DNA of 15,873 nucleotides, taken from contig JBEKSC010000037.1 in the NCBI GenBank assembly GCA_049517415.1, forward strand, positions 1 through 15,873. Reading direction: 5' to 3'. Source of the stretch: Candidatus Bathyarchaeia archaeon (GTDB taxonomy: Archaea; Thermoproteota; Bathyarchaeia; 40CM-2-53-6). Shown in pieces: positions 7,383 through 15,873 of this stretch. The notes beneath the pieces were generated by a model. The model saw only the letters and a program-made list of their open reading frames with translations. It made no database searches and was not told the DNA's origin. The stretch's first letter is position 1, and every line of letters begins with the position of its first letter. A program made the position numbers and the translations under genes.

Positions 7383-7907
7383 TTAGCCCGTGCGTGCTGT
7401 TTCGATCCCGACTTCGTTCCGGCGCATGAAACCCAGTGTCCAAGGCGAGTTGTACCTCATCAAAAACGGTTCACCAACCGTGGCAATTCCACTCTCCTTC
7501 AGCGTTGGGAGAAGTCTCGATTTGACTTCATTTACGGATTTGTCCCTAGCATAGCCCTTGAACCGTATCACTGCCAATCTCCTTGCTGGTATCCTCTCGA
7601 TCCTTATGCGGGACTCCAAGGGCTCAGGCACTTCTTCCAGCTTGAATTTAAGAGGCATCACGAATGAGAACGAGTTTGCACTCGAAATCACTGGTGCTGT
7701 CATCTCGATCTTCTCGGAGGTTATCACTGGGGCGGTCATCGGAATCTTCTTCCGCGTCCGGTTCTCACCAGAGATGTAGCTGAACAATAGTCTGAAGGCC
7801 GAGTTGTCCCCTTGGCCTGTAACCGTGGCCAACGTCAGCTCCGGGTAATCTCGAAGCTCTACCTCTCCGATGTGCCCTGCCACATCGTAACCAGCTATCT
7901 CGACCAT
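7383..7907 (-). CDS. SOUL family heme-binding protein
   Basis: 'ELRDYPEL...AFRLLFSYISGEN...KIPMTAPV...FVMP...RYNSPWT..FMRRNEV'. ATG at 7907 with GGAGG immediately upstream is preferred over the 7928 start. Confidence 0.93.
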   Translation of the reverse strand: MVEIAGYDVAGHIGEVELRDYPELTLATVTGQGDNSAFRLLFSYISGENRTRKKIPMTAPVITSEKIEMTAPVISSANSFSFVMPLKFKLEEVPEPLESRIRIERIPARRLAVIRFKGYARDKSVNEVKSRLLPTLKESGIATVGEPFLMRYNSPWTLGFMRRNEVGIETARTG

Positions 7908-8137
7908 GCCTCCAATGATGTGGCACAACTATTTCCGTTTGCTTATCCATGAGGTATTGAGAATTCAGTTGGATATCGCAGCTGGAATGCCTTCTGCCAA
8001 GATAGTTGCGATATTGCAGCTGGCAGCACCCTGCCATATTCGATGACGAACCAGACTCACCAAGCAAAGAGCTTCAGAACTCGACCATCGAAAGCAAATA
8101 GCTCAACCGCTTCACTAGCTCGCGCGAGAAGAGGACA

Positions 8138-9079
8138 ATGATCCACGTGCGCTTAGGATATGCGTGCGTTAATCTCACTCTTGGACCAGAAGGTCGGACC
8201 AGCCGTACGTGTCGTCTGCAAAATGCAACACCTCTTCATCTGAAGGAACTGGCACTGGCAAACCTCGCAGGTCTACACAAAGTCTTGAACTGGAATCTTT
8301 CACACGACATTATGCTATTCCGAATCTCATCCGAAATAATTCCACTCGCTTCTCATCCCAAAGCAAGATGGCCTTGGCGACAAGAACTCAGGCAGCAAAT
8401 CTCAACGCTCGGGGATTTTGCAAAGGAACATTCAATGCGACTATCAATGCACCCCGGCCAATACACTGTCTTGAATTCCCCGCGAACGGATGTTGCTGCT
8501 GCGGCAGCGGCTGAGTTATCCTATCATGCTGACTTTCTTGACGCAATGGGCTTGGCCATTGAGCATAAGATCATCCTACACGTTGGAGGGGTCTATGGCG
8601 ATCGACAGGCGTCATCACAGCGATTTACTGAGAGCTTCCGTAATCTCCCTGAGAATGTCAAGAATCGCTTAGTCATAGAAAACGATGAACACAATTACGG
8701 CGTAGACGACGTGCTTCACCTATGTGATTACCTCAGTATTCCGATGGTCTTTGATTACTTGCATTATCAAGCATACAGCAGGCGCCCCCTAAAACACGGC
8801 TTGATGGACCGAGTGTGTGGTACATGGTCGCAAATTGACGGCCTGCCGGAAATGCACTATTCAACGCAGAGGCATCGATCGAGAATTGGGGCCCACGCTG
8901 ACATGATCAATCCGAGAGACTTCAAGCGTTTCTTGAAGATTCTTCCAAAATGTGACATTGATGTTGTTCTTGAAGCTAAGGGTAAGGATATGGCGCTTCT
9001 GAAACTGCAGGAAGACCTGCATTCTGTAACGGGGGTGCTCAAGGTCACCGCTGAAGGTGACATCGTCGTCGCAAAATAA
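8138..9079 (+). CDS. uvsE: UV DNA damage endonuclease (UvsE/UvdE)
   Basis: RLGYAC, FRISS, RLSMHPGQYTVLNSP, LHVGG, RLVIENDE, VFDYLH, HYS, AHAD, LEAKGKD. Confidence 0.95.
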   Translation: MIHVRLGYACVNLTLGPEGRTSRTCRLQNATPLHLKELALANLAGLHKVLNWNLSHDIMLFRISSEIIPLASHPKARWPWRQELRQQISTLGDFAKEHSMRLSMHPGQYTVLNSPRTDVAAAAAAELSYHADFLDAMGLAIEHKIILHVGGVYGDRQASSQRFTESFRNLPENVKNRLVIENDEHNYGVDDVLHLCDYLSIPMVFDYLHYQAYSRRPLKHGLMDRVCGTWSQIDGLPEMHYSTQRHRSRIGAHADMINPRDFKRFLKILPKCDIDVVLEAKGKDMALLKLQEDLHSVTGVLKVTAEGDIVVAK

Positions 9080-9124
9080 ATAGTCAATATCTTGAGCGAG
9101 TTCAAGTGGAAATGCATGATCCAG

Positions 9125-10321
9125 TCAATAATGTAGCGGATCTGTTTTCATGAACTCTCTCAAGACTGTTGTCGCATACGCTGCCTTGGGCAGACTGAAT
9201 TGGACATCGACCAAGTCCCCATCATCCGTCGACTGATCATGTCGCAAGCTTACTTCTGGGTCAACATCAAGGAATGCTGCACGGGTCGACCCTTCAACGC
9301 CAAGTTCTGGTATCTTGCGTACTTGAAAGTCTTGCAACGTGATCCCTTCTTCATTAAGAAGAGACTTTTCGATCTCTCCAAGCATGCCGGTCGAAAACTC
9401 ACTTTGAGAACCGAGCAGGCGGATTGACATATTTCCAATGTCAATCTCGCGTTGAAGCAGTCGGCTTAGATTCTTGTTGAACAGGTAGGCTTGAAATGCG
9501 TGCACCAGCAGTCTCCGCAGAGTCGTTGGGAGCCGTCTAAGTGCTCCTGCATAGTCGAGCGGTCTACTTTGAAGTGCGACAAGCATCGTTCGTTCATATG
9601 TCAGTCTTCGAGGGAAAACCTTCAATGCTCCGCTAACATCATGGGTTGCATCATAGTAATTTCTCGCCTCTCTACACGGAGGACTTTCGGTTTCGTATGG
9701 AAATCCGAGGTACCTGTTTACGGCACCCTCAAGGTTGCCTTGGACGATCATCCGACCTACGATGTGGGTATTTGGCCTGGTAGTGCCGAATCTTTGGTAG
9801 CCAAAGTAGTTGGGGACTCCAACACAACTCAGCTCCTTCTTGATGTTGTTCAACGTTTTCGCCAGTTCCTTTCCGTTCAGCTTGGTCTTTCTGATTGTCA
9901 CGAGGAACCGATTTCCACTTAGGGATCCCAGGGTGATCCTAGCTTGACATCTATCGAAATCGTAGAGGGAGATTCCGGGCAAGCGGACAGTTCGTAATCG
10001 TTGCTCCTCCACATGCCAGGCAGAGATTCTTTGTCTGGTGACCGCGCGTCTATCCTTGTTGCCGGCGAACCCGAATCTCTTGTAAGAGACTCCAGTTGCC
10101 CTCGCAATTTCCCTCAAGGCGGTTATGCTGTCCCAGTTTCTCTTTTCCAAAGTGAAGTGCGTGTGCTCTCCATCAGGAGCTGATCGACTGTCGTCTTGTA
10201 TTTCTTCGACGGTGAAGTCCTCGATCCGCTCTCGGATTTTGCCACCTATGCCTTCTTGGCTGGTTGAGAAATATTCGAGGCCGAGGTCATTGTCAAGTTG
10301 ATATGGGCTTCGAGTTGGCAA
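9125..10321 (-). CDS. truD: tRNA pseudouridine(13) synthase
   Basis: EDFTVEE, FAGNKDRRAVTRQ (catalytic Asp), GNRF, VPNYFGYQRFG, AFQAYLFN, FSLPKAAYATTVLRE. Confidence 0.95.
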   Translation of the reverse strand: MPTRSPYQLDNDLGLEYFSTSQEGIGGKIRERIEDFTVEEIQDDSRSAPDGEHTHFTLEKRNWDSITALREIARATGVSYKRFGFAGNKDRRAVTRQRISAWHVEEQRLRTVRLPGISLYDFDRCQARITLGSLSGNRFLVTIRKTKLNGKELAKTLNNIKKELSCVGVPNYFGYQRFGTTRPNTHIVGRMIVQGNLEGAVNRYLGFPYETESPPCREARNYYDATHDVSGALKVFPRRLTYERTMLVALQSRPLDYAGALRRLPTTLRRLLVHAFQAYLFNKNLSRLLQREIDIGNMSIRLLGSQSEFSTGMLGEIEKSLLNEEGITLQDFQVRKIPELGVEGSTRAAFLDVDPEVSLRHDQSTDDGDLVDVQFSLPKAAYATTVLREFMKTDPLHY

Positions 10322-10336
10322 GTGGCTTGCTAATCC

Positions 10337-10780
10337 TTAGATGGATTCGCGCATCCGTTTGGTGTAGTCCCACATGAAGAAGCTTTTTGGGGTTATCTCA
10401 ATTGCGACTTCTAGCCGTTCTTTCTGGAGCAGTCTTCTTGCTAGTTGGGATGTTGTTCCGTGCAGGTAGCGTTCGAGAAGTTGTCTGAGTATTGCTCCGC
10501 CGAGTTGTGGTTTCAGTGTTGCGACGCCTTGTCCCCGTACGCCTATGTACGGCGGATTGTCGGTTGAAACTTCGAATGCGCAGTTCGGGTGTTTTGCTAG
10601 GTAGCTGATGACTTTGGCGGAGTTTGTTGAGGCGCAACAGAGCTTCTGTCCGGAACGCACATACCAGAGTGATAGAATGACCGGCCATCCTGAAGTTGAG
10701 GTGCAAGCCAAACGTAGCGGACCATGATGCTCCTCGAGGAATTGAATCATCTTCGACGTTAGCGTACTTTTCATCCTCAC
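10337..10780 (-). CDS. Pyridoxamine 5'-phosphate oxidase-like flavin-binding protein
   Basis: 'LRLACTSTSGWPVILSLWY...SAKVISYL...CAFEV...GVRGQGVA...ITP....WDY', split-barrel pattern; start may be the ATG at 10774. Confidence 0.85.
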   Translation of the reverse strand: MRMKSTLTSKMIQFLEEHHGPLRLACTSTSGWPVILSLWYVRSGQKLCCASTNSAKVISYLAKHPNCAFEVSTDNPPYIGVRGQGVATLKPQLGGAILRQLLERYLHGTTSQLARRLLQKERLEVAIEITPKSFFMWDYTKRMRESI

Positions 10781-10879
10781 TCGATAGCATGATTCAGAAT
10801 CTCAGTAATATGCTCATAGTGGCAACGGTTTTGAGTTCTGAAACAATTCGAACCATCGAGCCTCCGCCATTGATCCTCC

Positions 10880-11395
10880 ATGCATGTCGAAGTTCTTAGT
10901 AACGGGGAAAGACTTCGTGCGATGGACGTATTCAAGTCGAGAGAGCTTGATATCTTGATTCTTGCTGAAGTTGTCAGAGGTCTGGCGTCGGGTCTTGTTG
11001 CGACGGCAGGTATGTCACTAATTGAGTTTCCAATTTGGCGCAAGTGGGGAATGGAAGGCGTAATGGAATGGCATATGAATCAATCTCTAATGGCTCGGCT
11101 TCTAGGGCGACCTGCTCAATACCTGGTCAGTCAAGGATTGATTCTACATTTTCTTCATGGCGGACTGGCAGGGATCGTCTTCGTTCTCATGCTTCCAATC
11201 GTTCCGAGAATCCTCATCATATATGCTGGCGTGGCATTTGGGTTGATTCTCTGGATTATCTCACTGTTGATCATGAGACCCGTTACTGGCGTCGGATTGG
11301 GCGGTCACCCTTTGCGATGGTTGGCGCTTATTGTAGCTTTGGTAGGGCACCTTTTCTACGGCATTTTGCTTGCGTTTCTGGTGATTTCACTATGA
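10880..11395 (+). CDS. Small multi-pass membrane protein
   Basis: About four hydrophobic helices with 'GLVATAGMS', 'LHFLHG' and 'GHLFYG'. The stop overlaps the next ATG (ATGA). The true start is probably somewhat downstream. Confidence 0.8.
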   Translation: MHVEVLSNGERLRAMDVFKSRELDILILAEVVRGLASGLVATAGMSLIEFPIWRKWGMEGVMEWHMNQSLMARLLGRPAQYLVSQGLILHFLHGGLAGIVFVLMLPIVPRILIIYAGVAFGLILWIISLLIMRPVTGVGLGGHPLRWLALIVALVGHLFYGILLAFLVISL

Positions 11396-12288
11396 CCACC
11401 CGGAAGCTACTCGCGGTCACAGGAGCTACTGGCTTCATCGGCCGAAACCTGGTGAACAGCCTTCTCGCCGAAGGGCTCGAAGTACGAGCTCTGGTTAGGC
11501 ATCCGGAGGAATACGATGTGCAATTAGACGCAAGGCGAGCGGACGTGCTAGACCTGAGGTCATTGTCTATCGCCCTTGAGGGTGTTCACACCGCCTACTA
11601 TCTCGTTCACTCAATGAAGAGCAAGGGCCGAGACTTTGCCGAGACAGATCGATTAGGGGCAGAGAATTTTCTGAAGGCGGCTGAGAGCGCAAGCATCAGG
11701 CGAATTATCTACCTGGGCGGTCTCGGAGAGGCAGGCCCCGACCTCTCTGAACATTTGAGAAGCCGAGCTGAAGTGGGCAGAATCCTTCAGTCAGGCCATG
11801 TTCAGGCAACTGTTTTACGAGCAGCGATAATCATAGGCCCCGGAAGTGCTTCTTGGGACATGCTAAGACAGCTTGCAGACAGACTGCCAGTCATGACAAC
11901 TCCCAGATGGGTTGAAACAAGATGCCAACCCATTGCGCTTAGAGATGTTTTGGGTTATCTTATCGGTTGCGCCGAAGCCGAAGTAACTGCCGGTGGGACT
12001 TTTGACATCGGCGGTCCTGATATCCTAACCTATCGTCAGATGTTGATGCAGGTAGCTGAGGCTCTTGGGAAGCATGTGCGAATATATGGGATACCAGTCC
12101 TGTCGCCTCGACTTTCATCGTACTGGGTAGATCTAGTGACTGATGTGCCCTCAAGCATCGCAAGGCCGCTCATAGATGGACTTAGAAGTGAGGTTATCTG
12201 CCGTGACGACAGAATCAAATCTCTAGTCCCCATTCACCTCACCCATTTTCGTGATGCCGTTTCACTTGCGCTTGATGGAAAGATTTGA
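11392..12288 (+). CDS. NAD(P)-binding atypical SDR / epimerase (YbjT-like)
   Basis: VTGATGFIG, AYYLVHSM, IIYLGGLG, SEHLRSR, LRAAIIIG, QPIALRDV. The start is placed at ATG 11392, coupled to the upstream stop, not at 11035. Confidence 0.92.
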   Translation: MTTRKLLAVTGATGFIGRNLVNSLLAEGLEVRALVRHPEEYDVQLDARRADVLDLRSLSIALEGVHTAYYLVHSMKSKGRDFAETDRLGAENFLKAAESASIRRIIYLGGLGEAGPDLSEHLRSRAEVGRILQSGHVQATVLRAAIIIGPGSASWDMLRQLADRLPVMTTPRWVETRCQPIALRDVLGYLIGCAEAEVTAGGTFDIGGPDILTYRQMLMQVAEALGKHVRIYGIPVLSPRLSSYWVDLVTDVPSSIARPLIDGLRSEVICRDDRIKSLVPIHLTHFRDAVSLALDGKI

Positions 12289-13280
12289 AGATCCACGGGA
12301 GCGACCAGAAGATGAAGAGCTTTCCACGACCGAATGTTGTCCTGAGTAATTGCCTCGAACTTTCTGCATGCAGGTACAACGGGCAAGTAATTCATGATGA
12401 TTTTGTCAAGAAGCTGAGTAATCATGTGAATTACATTCCAGTCTGCCCTGAGGTATCCATCGGCCTCGGGGTTCCGAGGTTCCCTATCCGATTGGTCTCT
12501 CGAGAAAAGGACATCCGATTGGTTCAGCCTGCAACCAACATTGATCTAACTGACAAGATGCACAACTTCTGCAGTGATTTCCTATCGAGTTTGAAAGACG
12601 TCGACGGCTTCATACTGAAATTCAGATCACCTTCATGCGGACTCAAAGATGTCCGATTCTATCCGAAGGCTGAAAAATCGGCCGCGTTAGGTAAGACCTC
12701 TGGGCTATTCGGTGGCAAGGTCCTCGAAATGCTTCCTGGGCTTGCAGTCGAAGACGAGGGCAGGTTGAGAAGTCTGAAGATACGAGAATATTTCCTAACT
12801 AAACTCTTCACCCTAGCCAGTTTACGTGAAGTAAGAAGAAAAGGCAAGATTTCTGACCTTGCCAACTTTCACGCTGACAACAAGTTCCTCCTTATGTCGT
12901 ACAACCAGAAGGAGTTGAGAGTCCTTGGGAACATAGCTGCGAACAGAGATGACAAAGAGCTCCATCAAACACTCACCGAGTATGAAAATCACCTGAGAGA
13001 ATCAATGGCGGCTCCAGCCAGACGCGCTTCGAACATCAATGTCTTCATGCACATTTTCGGATATTTCTCAAGGCAGCTCTCCTCGAACGAAAAGCAATTC
13101 TTCTTCGAGACGCTGCAACTCTACCGTGACGGCAGAGTTCCATTCACATCTGCTTTGGGATTACTCAAAGGTTGGGCTATCCGGTTTCAAGACGAGTACT
13201 TAACCCAACAGACGTTCTTTGAACCTTTCCCGGTTGACCTTGTAGAATGGAGCGACGCAGGAAGACCCATAGAACTCTAG
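12285..13280 (+). CDS. DUF523 (TudS-like Fe-S desulfidase) + DUF1722 fusion, YbgA/RudS-like
   Basis: SNCL, CRYNG, PVCPEV.IGLGVPR, SPSCG Cys motifs; C-terminal 'FHADNKFLLMSY...HIFGYF...YLTQQTFFEPFP'; start may be the ATG at 12312. Confidence 0.9.
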   Translation: MKIHGSDQKMKSFPRPNVVLSNCLELSACRYNGQVIHDDFVKKLSNHVNYIPVCPEVSIGLGVPRFPIRLVSREKDIRLVQPATNIDLTDKMHNFCSDFLSSLKDVDGFILKFRSPSCGLKDVRFYPKAEKSAALGKTSGLFGGKVLEMLPGLAVEDEGRLRSLKIREYFLTKLFTLASLREVRRKGKISDLANFHADNKFLLMSYNQKELRVLGNIAANRDDKELHQTLTEYENHLRESMAAPARRASNINVFMHIFGYFSRQLSSNEKQFFFETLQLYRDGRVPFTSALGLLKGWAIRFQDEYLTQQTFFEPFPVDLVEWSDAGRPIEL

Positions 13281-13442
13281 AGAGCGACGAATGGATTGTA
13301 GTGTCTGCTGGGGAAGGTAGATGGGAGTTATTCTCTTCGGTTTTGTGCGAGCACGCATGTGGAAGTGGTTCTGCCAAGCGTTATAGAACGGAACAGGTTC
13401 TCAACACTGCAGCTTGCTAATGTTTAGACATTAATGTCTAGA

Positions 13443-13622
13443 TGGTGCGGCCGCCGGGATTCGGACCCGGGTTTCCTCGTTGCTGCTATCGCAGCTTTGA
13501 GGCTTGGGAAGCCCCCGTCATAGACCAGGCTATCCTTCCAACCTTTTCAGGCTGGGGAACTGGACCACGGCCTAATGGAGCAATCCGTGCTCACGCACTC
13601 AGAGTCCAGCCACGACGACCGC
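13443..13622 (-). tRNA. tRNA-Gly(CCC) with three introns (13567-13614, 13530-13559, 13473-13496) and encoded CCA
   Basis: Removing 48+30+24 nt gives a 78-nt cloverleaf: GCGGTCG TG GTC CAGCCTGGTCTAT GAC G GGGGC TTCCCAA GCCTC AAAC CCGGG TCCGAAT CCCGG CGGCCGC A CCA. Confidence 0.85.
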
Positions 13623-13646
13623 AAATCCGGAAAGCGTCGAGTTCAC

Positions 13647-13655
13647 AATAAAAAT
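13647..13655 (-). promoter_or_regulatory. TATA-like box upstream of tRNA-Gly
   Basis: Minus strand ATTTTTATT about 25-33 nt upstream of the mature 5' end. Confidence 0.5.
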
Positions 13656-13691
13656 CTCCCGACTTCCCGGAACAGATGGGCGCATGTGAAA

Positions 13692-14138
13692 TCAAAGGCC
13701 GCCTTCCCCGCCTGGGCCGCACGCTTCCCTCAGCCTTCTCAGCAGGGTTCTATCCTGTGATAGGTGCCGCAGCGTTTTGCTGGTTACGCCCGCGGATTCG
13801 AGCTTGTCGTATGGTAGAAGCTTCAGAATAATGTTCGTGCACATAGTCATCTCCTCTTGACTAAGCTGAGCTTCCGTTGTGGCCATGAGGACCGCTATGG
13901 TTGCGGTAACGAACGCGTCACCAATCGTCACATCCCGTAAACCAGCTCGCTTCGTGGCTTTGCTGAACAATTTCACAAGGTTACTTCCGATTCCGTCTCG
14001 TAGCTCGTCGGAAAGAATGTACCCCTGTATGGGAATGAAGGTTTCAGGATCCTTTGTTGTTTTTCTCACAACCATTCCCTGTTCAATCATCCAAGATAAC
14101 GCTGCAGGTATGTTCCCCTCGAATAACGCTTGTCGCAA
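13692..14138 (-). CDS. Hypothetical protein
   Basis: 148-aa ORF co-oriented with its neighbours; no family recognised. Confidence 0.6.
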   Translation of the reverse strand: MRQALFEGNIPAALSWMIEQGMVVRKTTKDPETFIPIQGYILSDELRDGIGSNLVKLFSKATKRAGLRDVTIGDAFVTATIAVLMATTEAQLSQEEMTMCTNIILKLLPYDKLESAGVTSKTLRHLSQDRTLLRRLREACGPGGEGGL

Positions 14139-14166
14139 GTGATTATTCCTTCAAAAACGGGTTGGC

Positions 14167-14667
14167 CTACGGATCGACTGTTCCTGCGTCTTGGTGTGCC
14201 TGAAATCGCAGGTGGCTTGTATGTGTCGGGAGATCGATTAGTAGCGCTCTCGCAACGTCGATTGTTTCCTCCTTCGCTTTGTCAGCTAGTCCATCGGCAA
14301 TTTTGGAAACCTGGCGTAGGGATGGTGAAATTTCGCATAGGGGGTCAATCGCGCCCTCGAACTCTTTGAAGATGAACCCGTCAGCGCAGATGCCCTTCAG
14401 CATCTCTTCCATAATTCGCTTCGAACGGTTCGTGACCACATACTCCGCCGAATCAATCTCTTCCAATAGAATCTCCAGCCCCTCGTCGTCTACGGAGAAC
14501 TGTTGAGCTGACCCTTCAGAGACCTTCATAGCCTGTTTGACGAGTTTGGGGTGGTATGCTGGTTGTCCCACGAAGCGCCTCACATATTTTTCAGTCTCTA
14601 GAATTGGGACTCTATTGATGAGGCGGACGCGTGGAAGGGATAGAAGCGTTTCAATCGGGCGCGGCAT
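14167..14667 (-). CDS. Hypothetical protein
   Basis: 166-aa ORF with ATG start just downstream of EF-2; no family recognised. Confidence 0.65.
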   Translation of the reverse strand: MPRPIETLLSLPRVRLINRVPILETEKYVRRFVGQPAYHPKLVKQAMKVSEGSAQQFSVDDEGLEILLEEIDSAEYVVTNRSKRIMEEMLKGICADGFIFKEFEGAIDPLCEISPSLRQVSKIADGLADKAKEETIDVARALLIDLPTHTSHLRFQAHQDAGTVDP

Positions 14668-14729
14668 TTCTAGTGGTAGGTGGCTATGGAAACGGGTTAA
14701 AACAGTTGCCCTTACGGGAGGGGCTTAGT

Positions 14730-15873
14730 TTAGGCTTCCATGAAGTCTTCTGCCTTCTGTGGTTCAGGCGGTAAGCCTTTGCGTTCGCGGATGCCGGTGA
14801 TGACCTGGGTTACTAGGGAATTCGGGACGGGTGCCCAACGGGAGAACTCCAATCCCCAGAATGCCCGCCCTTGGGAAGCGCCACGCATAACCTCCGAGAG
14901 GTCGAAGGTTTCAGCTGTTGGGAGTTCCCCAACCACGTAGACGAGGTGGCCGCGTTGGTCGACCGAGAGGATTTTCCCGCGTTTCTGTGAGATTACACTT
15001 GTCGCTGCACCTAGGAGCTCTGGTGGGACCTTGACCGTGATTTTTTGGACTGGCTCCAACAGAACAGGGTCTGCGCTGAGGAATGCCACGAAGAATGCCC
15101 TTCTGCTCATAGGCATGATTTGGGCCGGTCCTCTGTGCACGGGGTCTTCGTGGAGTGAGATATCTGTGACCTTTGCCCTGACGCCTCGAATCTGCTCATA
15201 CGCGAGGGGGCCTTCTTTTATTCCCCAGCGGTAACCTGCAATAACCATTTCCTTGACCTCTTGGACGTACTGAGCCCCTTTCGTCACTTCCAGGAGCATG
15301 TTGCTTCCCTCGTCAACGCTCCACACTCCACGGGCTTCGTCGGGAGGCCACCCTTCTTCTCGCAGAACCTTGGCCATTTCATGTTTGTCTTGGTATTCCC
15401 CGATCTTGCCTTCCTTGATCATGGTGACGATTTTGTCGGGTAGGGGTTCAACTTCCAGGTAGATCTTGTTGTGCTTGTTAGGTGACTTGCCTTCCACAGG
15501 CCCAGCGCGCCCCCTGACGCTTTCGCGGTAAATCACGATCGGTTTGGAGGTTACTATTTCCAAGCCGGTTTTCGTTATTAGCGTGTTCGCTATTTCCAAG
15601 TGCAGCGTGCCCATTCCGGCTATTAGGTACTCGCCGGTTTCTTCATTGATTTTCGTCACGAGGTTCGGGTCTTCGAGGCTCAACCTTCGCAGTACTTCCA
15701 CGAGTTTAGGAAGGTCCCTGCTGTATTTCGGTTCCACTGCCATCGTAACCACGGGTTCGGTGACATAGTGGACGGCTTCGAAGGGCGCGATGTCCTTTAT
15801 TGTTGATAGTGTTTCGCCCGCCTTCGCAGCATCTAAGCCTAGAAGGGCGGGTATATTGCCGGCGCTTATTGTG
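14730..15873 (-). CDS. fusA: Archaeal translation elongation factor 2 (5'-partial; gene extends beyond the window)
   Basis: AVEPKYSRDLPKL, EDP, GMGTLHLE, KSPNKHNK, diphthamide loop LHEDPVHRGPAQ, LLEPVQ. Confidence 0.97.
   Translation of the reverse strand, partial: TISAGNIPALLGLDAAKAGETLSTIKDIAPFEAVHYVTEPVVTMAVEPKYSRDLPKLVEVLRRLSLEDPNLVTKINEETGEYLIAGMGTLHLEIANTLITKTGLEIVTSKPIVIYRESVRGRAGPVEGKSPNKHNKIYLEVEPLPDKIVTMIKEGKIGEYQDKHEMAKVLREEGWPPDEARGVWSVDEGSNMLLEVTKGAQYVQEVKEMVIAGYRWGIKEGPLAYEQIRGVRAKVTDISLHEDPVHRGPAQIMPMSRRAFFVAFLSADPVLLEPVQKITVKVPPELLGAATSVISQKRGKILSVDQRGHLVYVVGELPTAETFDLSEVMRGASQGRAFWGLEFSRWAPVPNSLVTQVITGIRERKGLPPEPQKAEDFMEA

Noticed and set aside
7972..8036. Imperfect inverted repeats between the divergent SOUL and uvsE genes
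   Set aside because: They could be operator or RNA structure, but they are single, imperfect and match no motif I can name.
11035..11391. N-terminal extension of the SDR given in the ORF track
   Set aside because: It overlaps the membrane-protein gene; the Rossmann motif begins right after ATG 11392.
6994..13441. Intact casposon between the 15-bp repeats
   Set aside because: There are no terminal inverted repeats, PolB or casposase inside; the Cas1 remnant lies outside this interval.
14700..14760. Casposon target at the aEF-2 3' end, as in Nitrosopumilus
   Set aside because: I found no duplicate of the EF-2 3' end in the window, only a short GCCCT/AGGGC hairpin after the stop.

Overview
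This is an archaeal genomic window: the EF-2 carries the diphthamide HRG motif and the tRNA has BHB-type introns. A Bathyarchaeia/TACK-like host is inferred, not shown. The right end holds the 3' part of aEF-2, two hypothetical genes and a tRNA-Gly(CCC) that parses with three non-canonical introns (8/9, 15/16, 45/46). Positions 7.4-13.3 kb form a light/UV-stress-type cluster (SOUL, UvsE, TruD, PNPOx-like, membrane protein, YbjT-like SDR, DUF523+DUF1722). It is bracketed by a 15-bp direct repeat of the tRNA-Gly 3' end, and the left copy ends a ~316-nt densely folded, CCA-terminated sequence. Positions 1-6.9 kb are the most unusual part. Unrelated genes in mixed orientation, mostly one per segment (surface protein, Schlafen/AlbA_2, methyltransferase, hypotheticals, frameshifted PLD-like nuclease, HEPN protein), are separated by a modular repeat. 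That repeat is built from degenerate 25-nt tRNA-3'-end copies, CGTCGTCCGTCGTC and TTTGTGTGTG, and a casposase (Cas1-solo) C-terminal remnant lies inside the array. This looks like an integron-like gene-cassette array with tRNA-derived recombination sites. All family calls come from motif recognition, not database searches.
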